A stretch of DNA of 64,000 bases from Convolutriloba macropyga. Taxonomy: Eukaryota. Shown piece by piece: positions 24,501 to 35,100 of this stretch. The stretch lies in NCBI RefSeq assembly GCF_964194025.1, contig NC_134468.1, positions 32,240,001 to 32,304,000 of the forward strand, written 5' to 3'. The notes below the pieces were generated by a model, which did not search any database, had not been told where the DNA came from, and was given only the letters and a program-made list of their open reading frames with translations. The translations under genes and the position numbers were made by a program. Positions within the stretch are counted from its first letter, which is position 1. Every line of letters begins with the position of its first letter.

Positions 24501-25954
24501 AAGCAACAGAGTTCGCTGCACCCAAAAAGCCAAGTAAAGAGGTCAACATTTTGGACAAAAAGCGTTCTGACAAAATTAACATTGCACTCACTAAATTACC
24601 ACCTCCACGAACCATAAAGGCTGCGATTCTAAGTATGGACAACCTTGCAATCAATAAAGAGGGCATTGAATTGATAATCAGCGTCGTCCCAACTGACGAA
24701 GAGCGAAAAGCTATCTCAGAGGCCAAAACAAACAATCCCGACCAGGCTTTGGGAAATGCCGAAGCGTTCCTCAGCCTTTTGTCGACCATTCCGGAGTTAA
24801 AGCCACGACTGGACCTTTGGCTGTTCACTTTAGAGTATGACTTGGTTGTTGAAAAGGAATTGGCTGAACCTTTGATGGACCTCAAAACGTGTATTAATGA
24901 AATTCTTGCCTCAACTACCTTAAAGTACATACTCTCAGTTTTGCTTTCAGTGGGCAACATCCTCAACTCAGCGACAGCGTCAGGGTTTGAACTTAACTTT
25001 CTACCCAAGGTTGCAGAAGTTAAAGATACCATCAAAAAGCAGACATTGCTTTATCACGCTTGCAATAACGTGATCAAGAGTTTTCCCAAGTCAACTGACC
25101 TCTATTCTGAGATCCCTACTGTTAGTCGGGTTGCCAAAATTGACTTCGAAACAGTGACGGGGTCGTTAGGCAAACTGGAGACGCAATGTATCAGTAACTC
25201 GCAAAATCTCAGAATAATCTCCAAGTATGAGAGTGAAACAACCAAGAGTAAACTTCAGAAGTTCCTGGCGACTGTGGCCGAAAGTGTTATTATCCTCAAA
25301 ATCATCAATCGCAGAATCATGAACAGATTCAAACGGCTGTTACTTTATCTCGGGTATAAAGTGGAAAATGCCAAAGATGTAAAATGTTCAGATTTCTGCA
25401 AAATGTTGAGCGAGTTTGCATTGGAGTACAGACTGACTCGTGAGAAAATTCTCGAGCAAAAAGAGAAAATGGAAAAGAAACGAGAACGGAATAAAACGCG
25501 AGGAAAGCTTATCGTTGACGAAAAATTGCTTTCTGGAGCTGAGCAGTCAGCAAAAAGTGGTTTCAAGACCACTTCCAATCATCTGACGTCCAATGGATTG
25601 GAACAGGAGGCAGATTCGTCGAGTTCAGGTGCACTGGGCAAACGTCAGAGACCCGGAGCACGCAAATCAACAGCACCTAGTCAACCTTCACCTTTGACCA
25701 ATGGAGTTAGGGAGTCGTCTGTTTTGGGGGATAGAAGCGGGGATGTCAGGGAAGATGAAACCGATTCAATGATGGATACGATGATGGACATTTTGATGAA
25801 GAGTTCCAATATTGCCCATGCCTCTGGTCAGAACAGGCGCGAAAAGCGAGCCAGGCAGGGCGATCGGAAGTCAGTGCGCAGGACTAGAATGGGTTTATCT
25901 CAGGAGGATGCTCAGAAACTTGGCCTACTGGGGAAGAAAGCTACTGCTGTTTGA
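21563..25954 (+). CDS. FHOD: FHOD-family formin (GBD/FH3, FH1, FH2, DAD), single coding exon
   Basis: N-terminus [43 protein letters not shown]; polyproline FH1 at ~24215-24315; FH2 with LYWKE, [19 protein letters not shown] and [19 protein letters not shown]...[17 protein letters not shown]. Start is ATG 21563 or 21575. Confidence 0.95.
   Translation: [1463 protein letters not shown]
23569..23650 (+). repeat. Coding minisatellite, 4 x 21 bp (NDTSKTD) within the formin linker
   Basis: aacgatacttccaaaactgac-like units in tandem. Confidence 0.9.
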
Positions 25955-28900
25955 TTTGTGCTCTTTTTGCCATACTGCTGTGTATTATTAGAAAAAAAAA
26001 CAGTTTAATAATCCTAGTCGCATTATAACCCATTGCCGAATTGCGAATTGTTAAAGCGTAGCAAGTGTTACGCCAGTAACTTTTCAAGTTTTAGTGAATG
26101 GAAGGCAAGAAATCAGTCGGTTATAATGTGGGGGGTTAAAGAAAGCTCTGTCGCAGGCGAAAGATGATTTTCTTATTTCAATGTTGCTTAGATTTGAAGT
26201 AGAAAAGTTAGTCTATCTCTATCCTCTTCTAAGTTAATCAATTCCGAATGAATGTCAAATTTTTATTCATGCTATCATTCAATGTTTTCTTTAAATTATG
26301 TCTCGCGAATTGTATTCTGCCTATTGTGGATATAAAGCGTGCATAGCTAGTGGGTGTAACAGAACCAGAACTCATAAATTTTGATCAAGTATTAAGAACA
26401 ATGCCCTTAAAGGACATTTGAAGTTAAAATCCACCTTCAATTTCAAATCCTTGAAAGTGTAACGCCAAGGTTCAGTTGAGATTATTTGGCTTTGTTAAGA
26501 CAGTTTAATCGGTTTTAAGATCTTAAGATATGGGGAAATATTAGTTCCATGTCCGTGAAGCATGTAAGTTGTATTGTTTGTTTAAACCTCTCTGTGAAAG
26601 AAGTCAACATTATTTTGGATCGTTCGGAAGAGAGCCATCGGAGTTGTTTACAGAGTATATAGTTTTTGAAGTTGTTTGTTGTTTACGTAAACTCTTCACA
26701 ATGGGAAGAATTAAGAATATCAAAAGACCTATTAGGTGGTCGGATGGTTTCAGTTTCAAGCCTCTGATATTCTGGTGGTTAAGAAAACTGGGAAATTATT
26801 AATACCATGGATTATCATAACTAGCAATAGTGGGATTATTAGATTCTTTGGGAGGGGGAGAATAAATAGTTATCGGGACTACATAAAGGCCTTGCGCGTT
26901 CTGCCTAAATCCAACGGTTGAAAGTAGCATGTTAAACTTGTTTCCCCGCGGCAATACACTCTAAAAGGCTGTGTAGAAATATTATTGAACTGCCAAGCTT
27001 ATAAGTGCATGAATGGCAAAAAGACACGCGAGGTACTTAGAATGCGCTTGTTTAGTGAGAAGCATTGTAACTGGGTGACATAATAATCCAAAGAACTATA
27101 ACTACTCAGACCAATATAGAACACTACTTCTGCTAATGGTGGAAACAGTTCGAATTTAAGGGAAATTCTTGTAAAGCATGCTTTGCAAACAGAACAAATC
27201 CCGCCACACGTTCAGTGGTTTCAGCGGTCTGAATCAAGTATGATCAATAAAATCAAATTGATTTGATCTGAGAAAGAGCAAGTTCAGCTCAAAATAAGTA
27301 TTGCGCCGAATACCGGATGTGACTTAGATTAATGTGCAATGATTTCGAAAGATTTTTAACGTTGAGCTAATTGCATAAGTTAGAGACGTTTGATTTTTTC
27401 TATCCAAAATTCCATCTAAGAAGCAACGTTATTTCTCAGTAAATCAACGACGCTGGGCTCTGCTGCCAGTTTTTAACTATTTTAGTTTTTCTAAGACCAA
27501 AGTTTGAATGAAATAGTTAGTGTTTTCGAGTTGTTAGCTATTGATGATACCATCAATTGTTCTATATTGAGAAAATTTGACTTTAGTATGGAACAACTTG
27601 TTCATAATCTTCATCTTGTGTAGTTCATCAAACGATACTTAGAACAAAAGTAATCCTTTGTCTTCCGAATATCTGATAGTTCTCAGAAAACGTGCTCAAC
27701 TAATAAATATCTGTAGTAATCGGCGGATTGGCTACGATAAATCTATTAAAATCAATGATCATTGTCTTGATTTAGAATAATGGTGTGATCATAAAAGTTT
27801 TCTCTTGATCATATGAAGCTGTTATCAGATGACACATCTGAAAACTATTACAAAGATATTAGTTCCCATTAAGATCTCGATTTGTGAGTTCTGGTTTTGA
27901 TTTTACGCAGTATAGATATAAATATCAACTGAATTTGCCTTAAAATTGCTTTGGTCACAAACCTGTAATCAATAACAGCGCAATGTTATGTAGTTGTAGC
28001 AATATAACGATGACTGGATAACATAAAGTGCCTCCTTCCCTGTCTTTACTGCTTATCGCTTCTTTCAACGAAGAACTTAAACAGATCCGGTAATAATTAA
28101 TAAACTTGCCCCCGAATTAGCAATCAATTGTGTCATAGTTTTTAAAAATGTTTCTCAGAATATTTGAACAATCTCCAATTTGTTAATCTGTAAATGTCAA
28201 AGGTGCTTCCATAATTAGCGAAATTTCACACTGCGATAATCATAATGCGGTGGCTACCAACTGCTGCTCTTTCTATAATTTATGCAATAACAAATTTTAT
28301 CTCTATTCTTTTTGCCTTTTCCTAGTTTGCCAATCTGTTCCCATTTTCACGCGCAAAAAACTAGTTTTCAGATTTATATGAGCAAACTTTATTTTTGTGC
28401 GCTGTTTTTAAATTGTATACCCTGATGCAAGCTCGTCTTGACAACAAGGTATGTACGCCATTGTGATGATTTCAAAACATCTACCAAAGTTATAGGATAA
28501 ATTTTTTGAAATTAAGTGGAACTTCTCCAAGAATAGTTTCAGTGTCGGTTAGCATTATCTAGTTCGGACCTCATTTAATGAGGGAACGAACTCGGTGCTA
28601 GCCTCACTTTCATGAACCCCCTAAATAATCAGTGGAGAAAAACATGTAGGTAGTATCATTTGATAGCCCTGCAGAGTGAGTATATTTCGTCAAAGGTTTT
28701 TTTTTAATTTGCATGCAGAGACCGATTGAGGTTCAGAATTGGTTTTGCCCTAAAAATTCAAGGGGGAGTGTGCTGAAATTCATAATTACACTCGTATTTT
28801 AACAGGTTCTTCGAAATTTTCCTGAAATCCCTTTTTGAATCCCGCATTAGATGTTTTCAATCGATAATTCGGTTTTCATTTCTCGTTCATTAAAATACAA

Positions 28901-29159
28901 AAGCAGTCCCCTGGGCTTGGGTGACTCTAGTTTCATTACATAGGTGACTACATAGGGTGAATCCACGCCCCTCCAATTATATAAAGTTTGCCTCCCTAGA
29001 CCGTAGCTAGCTACTGTCGAAGACAACTGCTCGCGAGTCGTTTCGAAAGCAATTCGAACCGTTAGTCGGTTATGTTAAATAGATGCTTTTGCAATTTTTT
29101 AGATATGGACAAACTCCATTACGTATGCCAGTTCACAGTTACTGAAACCTCAGTGTTGA

Positions 29160-31050
29160 GATTTTTCGTTCCCACCCCTCTTGAGGGGAGGGAGGATCTA
29201 TATAATCAAATGTTTTTTAGTTAATTTTGACCGATCGATATATTCATCGTAGAGAGTTGCGAGTGGTATCATTAAAAAGCCCATTCAACGTAGAATATGG
29301 AATAAAAAAAGATTTTTTGAATTTCGCTTTTTAGAGCGAGATATCGAGGTTTGATTTTTTGACTATTAGACAGATTAGCGTTTTTTGCCTAAGATTTCGT
29401 CAATTTTGCTAAAGTATGTTAAAAATGTTAACAATAGTGTTGTTGTTTTATTTTAAAGAGAAAAAAGCATCGTTGGTTACTTGGTTTATTTTTTTTACTA
29501 AAATTTTGGCTAAATATGTGAAAATTCAACGTCTTTGATCAAAAGGAGCACGAAATGAGCTTCTTAGTACACTTTGAATAAATTTGTCGGGATTACTTGC
29601 CCAAAAACCCTTAATACAATCTTTGTTAATTCCAAAGGGGCCCTTCCTACTTTAACTTCCATTGAGATTGCTCTGTATAATTAAAATTTTGCCGTTTTTG
29701 CTAACTTTCTCGATGATTATCAAAAACGCAGAATTTCGATTTTTAACTAAAAATTGATCTATATCTATAAAATTTGTGCCAATCAAGTGTACTTAATGGA
29801 CAAACATTAATAGCAAGGCAAGTTTTGGTCTGCCACTATTTTTCTCTTAATGTGGTCAACTTGTAGCTTAGTATCAGCAAGAATGCTGCTCCTTTCTACT
29901 GAATTATATTTTAATCTTTGTTGTTTTACGCGTTCAGTTATGATTTTCTGGCTTTGTTACTACTAGATTTTGCGTTTTTTAAGCATTTTTCCATTTTTCA
30001 CGTTTTTTCTCGTTTTGTCAAATTATTACACTTTTGACAGTTCACTTATTGCATTATTGGGGTTCAAAATAAGGCGTATTTGATTATATCAAAATCTTTT
30101 AAGATATAGATTGTGGTTTTAACGGCTTCGACGCCACTTTCTCGAAGAATTTATTTGATTTTTTTTACTTTTGTCTTCAGCCGTCATTTTCACGTTATAT
30201 CTTCAGTCATATTAAATTTCCTGGATAATGACAGGTCTCAATGGATTTTATGGAGCAGTAGATGAGCCGATTCTGATTCAAGTAGATAGCTGATGGCTTT
30301 CATGACTTCAAAAGTAAAAAAATATTTCGCATTTTTGGTCTTTTTATTGTCTATTTGTTACCTACTCTCGTTATTACAGGTCACATATGACATATTGGCG
30401 TCGAGGGTAGGCGCAAGTGTACAAATTCGAATGTTTTAAAGAATTCGTTACGACTCTACTAATATCGACACAGGCTTTTCGCGAAAAAAAAAGTAAATTA
30501 AATATTAATTTTTGACGTTCTTTTTGTAGACGTAAGAGATATTCTGATTTATAATGGTTCCTAAAGTCTTCATTTGGACGAATAAACGATCCTATGTAAT
30601 TATTTAATTTTGAAGCTAAAGGCTTTCATGACTTTGAAAGTATTTTTTTGAAAAATACAAAGTTTTAATGTTGCCTTTTTGTTTTGTCTATTTTTTACCT
30701 AGTCTCATTAATGAGATGTCACATACCACTTTATCTGCGTTCAAAGAAGGGGCAATGGAACATATTTTTGGGGGCAAAATATTGCTTTACGGCTTCAACA
30801 GCGTTTTCTCGCATATTTGAATTGAGTTTTTGTTTGCTTTGTTGTTCCTTTTGTTGCCGCATAAAAATCTTAATGCCCTCTCATAAAGGCACGGGTGATT
30901 ATAAACCTGTCAGATGTTTTCATTTGTTATCTGATAGTTTTCATTACTTTGAAATTAATTGTTTTTTTAAAAAGATAAGCAAATTTTTTATCTGCTGTTT
31001 TTGTTCTTGTCTAATTGTTTCCGAGCCTTTTTGTTGACCATTCCCATATG
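29160..31050 (-). repeat. Inverted, diverged member of the repeat family that gave rise to the macrosatellite
   Basis: Reverse complement of 29160-29400 reads ...gggctttttaatgataccact...atatatcgatcggtcaaaatt...tatatagatcctccc. 30660-30720 matches the unit's aatgagactag..aaaaagcaa segment. The right boundary is approximate. Confidence 0.6.
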
Positions 31051-32141
31051 TTTTCTAGCTAGTACAAGTTATTTTTATTGGTTTCAGTTCTATCTGACGC
31101 TATTTTGACTTTGTTAAGTTTTTGTTTTTTTTTTAAAAAAAAAGGAAACATTTTTGATATAATTAGTGTTTGTTGCTGTTGTTTGATATTGTTGTTAATC
31201 TTGACTCACACTCTTATAATGGCAGATCTCATCAATCTAATGCGGCATTTTTTACTTCACTCAATTATTCGCTTTGGAGGTAATCTTTTTGTTCATACGC
31301 CAATTTTTTTAAGTTCCTCTATGTTAGACAATTATGCCAAATTAGTGGATGAGCGGAGTCGGAACATTATTACAAACGCACATTAGCGAGCCTCCTTGTT
31401 AGTTCTTCACATTTGCATCAGAATTTGATTGTTTTATAACAACTATGCGCAAGATTGATCAGTTATCTAGTGAAACAGTAGAGAATTTCAGTGACACTGT
31501 TCAAATATAATTGTTTTCTAAGGAAAACGCTTCAAGAGAAGTGAAAAAAATTGAGATCGAAGCTTCGTTATTTGTTTTAACTGTCGTTGTTATTTTTTAG
31601 TGTTTTTGATGGACCTTAACCTGATCAGTAAAAACTTGATATTGATTGCGTCTTCCTGTCGATTGAATTGCTAGATTCTTAAGTATTCGTTTAAGTAGCT
31701 AGCTAATAGTGATTCTAGGAAGAATTGAAATTTTCAAGCGTCATTTCCGAACTATAAAAAAATGCGTATCTGTGAATTTGTGTATGTTTATTATTCACCA
31801 GTACTGTGAGTGTTGAATTATATCTTGAAACTTTGTTAGCATCTTGGGTTTGTTATGAATAAGCTATTTTGTTATCCTGTAGAAAGTAACCCTCAGTATT
31901 TTTTTTCGAATGACCGTTATTTTTAGGGTCAACTCTGAAAGTATCATTGCATAATTTGTAGAATGCTTTTAAACTCCTCAAACTAATTGAATGAAAACTA
32001 ATTATGTATGACGTATGTATTGTCGATGAAAAGTAGACTATATTGAAGTATCAAATTTCAGGTTATGTTGTCAAATTGATGTCATTGATTTGTTTTCAAC
32101 CCTAATATAATCCGAACACGAAGTGAACCTGACTGTCTAAA

Positions 32142-35100
32142 ATGGACGTCAGTGGGCTGAGCAATAAAAGGGCTGCGCCCAATGATGAGACACAGCAGAC
32201 GTCATCAACACCAGCAGCAGGAGTGCCCTCAGCACCTCCCTTTAAGAAAATCAACACAACAGGCAAGTTCAATCTATTTTTTAGAGAACTGAGTAGTGTG
32301 GAAAAGGTCTCGCGATCACTCGCGAGACTTGACAGGGTTTAGTATTTCCATCTAATGTTAAGATTTTTTATATCATTCTATTGGTATCAACGATTACGAT
32401 TGCTTCTCGCACAACGCTAGGCTATGCCAACTTTATTAGCCAGAATTTTACATCAATTCTCTGAGACTTATGAAGGCACTAGGAAACAGGTCCTCTGAGC
32501 AAGTCATGTAAGGTATTACATTTGATCTGAGGTTAAATTGATTACTAGGCGGAGGATAAATTGATTGCTGACTGATTTAGTTTAATGCAATTATTTAATC
32601 TTCAAAATTATATATTTGCCTTAATTGACAAGCTTTGGTGGTGATATTATGCCTCCAGTCGTGGCTGCGGTAGTCATTGGGTTTATTTTTGGCTCCGTGG
32701 CAACGGCAAAAAGCATGGTTGTAAAAGTTTGCACTGTTTATCGACGAAACGTTATTATAACGCTGCGTTCACTGTTTTGTGCTAAATAATTTTACAGTGT
32801 GGCTCATGGTTTTCTGGTCATGTCTCAGAAAATAGATAGCTTCACGACACTATCATTGTGGAGTTTCTATTTCTTCATCAATTGTTTTCAAACTATAACA
32901 TGAAACTAGTATCCCTGATATCACATTGAACCATAATTGGATGTCATTAATCATGCTGAATGTTCGTGTTAAGCACAATTTATCGACGTAGTATTCTTAT
33001 GATGCTCCGTTCACTGTATTGTGCGACAGAATTCCGAGGTGCTCATGGTTTCCTGATATTGTTCAGAAAATAGATATGGCATTTCTACATATTTCGACGG
33101 TGTTCTTCGATAGAATGAGAAATTGTTTGCAATCATTGTCAACATTGAACGCTCAAAATTCGATTTTTAGTGCTCTAGGCGCTCAATGGTCTAAGAAGTT
33201 AAGTTTTCTATAGCATTTCATTTTGCGTTTGCTGTAATTTTTATGACTCGACTCATAATTAATCGAGTTTGAACAGTTCAATAGTATCGGAAACCCATGA
33301 GCAGACTTCAAATACCAATTTTTGTGATACGGATAACCAAGTTTTTGATAACCAAAGTACCGGAAACGCTCTATCCTTACCGGATTGTCACCCTTGTATG
33401 CTTGTCCTTGTATTATGAAATGGAGCAGATAAAACTATGAATTCTGAGTAGAGTCATATAGAAATCAAACCAAAATGAACGTATAATGGCTCGAATAAAG
33501 CTCTCCAAATTAGTCTCTTCAAAATATGGAATTGCATGCGCGCTTTTGATTTTTCCAGTGGTGAGCTTTCAGTTTAAGTGAATCGGATTATTCAGAAAAT
33601 GGGTAATCTCACTATATTGACATAGTAAATGATCGAGATGTTGTTTTAAATGGTCAGGAGCATGTGTTCAATTTCAGTACCATTCTATATTCCATGTTTT
33701 TTTAATAAAAATTATAAGGCTCGAATGAGAACTGAACTCACATCGCGTGTCAGCTCATTAATGTATCTCGATGTTTTTCCAGTAGGTTCATTTTTTTAAA
33801 CCTTTTTCTTGACACAACATTGACTTTGATTAAGAATTTTGTGGCATGGTCGACGAAGGCCTGTCTTTTGGGGATTATGAGGGCATTTCAACATATTAGA
33901 GTAATTTTCTATTTCACTGCCTGCTTGCTGCTTTTGGTCTTATTATAACTGCTTTTATTCTTATTTGGAAAGGTTAATGAAAACTATTGAAATTGGTGGT
34001 TCTCAAATACTAGTTTGAATGCCGTACTTTAACGTTATTGATACCAGTTTTCTGTTTTTAGCTTAAAATGTTTTTGTAAGTGTATGTTTAAGACCGTATT
34101 TTTAATTGTTTAATTGCTGGTGTGAAATTTTTGCTCTAATTTTAAAGTAGAGTGAGAAAACGGTGTTTGACCAAAAATTCGCTTTCTCTCTGGTTTTTTG
34201 TTCACATGCGGCAATTTCACTTTAATTTTTACTGCTTTTTCGATTTTTTGGATCTAATTTTTTAATAGTTTTCCCAATCCATTCATAGTTCCTCAAAGGC
34301 CTAGTTTTCTGTTTGAACCAAATTTCCATTTCTCGCTAATGGTGTTTTGTAAACATGCGGCATTTTGACATTGATTTTTTAAAAATTTTTTGATCTGATA
34401 TTTTTAGATATAATTTGCCCAATTCACTCTTAGTCCGTTATAGGTCTAATTTTTTGTTTATTCAATGCAAATTTTACGTCAGGACGTGTCCTGCTGTGTT
34501 TTCTACTTCGTCGAATAAAAATTTTGCTTTACTTTAGTTAACAGCTCCATTAACATGTTGAGTGAAATCTTTGACTTCTCTAGGCTAGTTTAACTCTTCT
34601 CTCATTCTGCTAATAGTGTTTTTAGACAGCAGTTGCTCAGCAAAGCAATTCAAAGAACAGAGTCGGTATCAGAAAACGAAATCAGAATAGAAACGGGATA
34701 AAACCATCAAGCCTAATTTTAGATGCCCGTTACTCGAACTTTTTTCTTAGTTACCATCTCTAATGCTTATTGGTATTGATACTAGCCCCTGTGTGGTCTC
34801 ACGACGAAACAGGAGTACGTTCAGCTCCTAAATGACATCAAAATAGTTCGCATTTAAAAATTGTTTCTACAAAAATCATTCTATCACTAAATTGTTCTCT
34901 TTCAATCCCAATCTTGGTCATGGGAAGCATCGGCGGCTATTTTCCGGCAATCTGCCGGTTATGTTATTTTATGCACAGCATTTTCTTCAAGTTTTAGTTA
35001 AATTACTGCTCATTTAGCTGAAGGTAGTTCAAGTCTTGCACTACAACTACAAGTTTTCTAAACTGCTTTATTAACACCTCATGCAGTGGTAATATGTTTT

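Noticed and set aside
22386-25578. Antisense and alternate-frame ORFs over the formin
   Set aside because: Shadow ORFs of a long, compositionally biased CDS.
20455-29400. Formin gene captured as cargo between inverted repeats
   Set aside because: The hairpin-bearing ends face inward, the copies are diverged and no outer TSD is visible; independent insertions are the simpler explanation.
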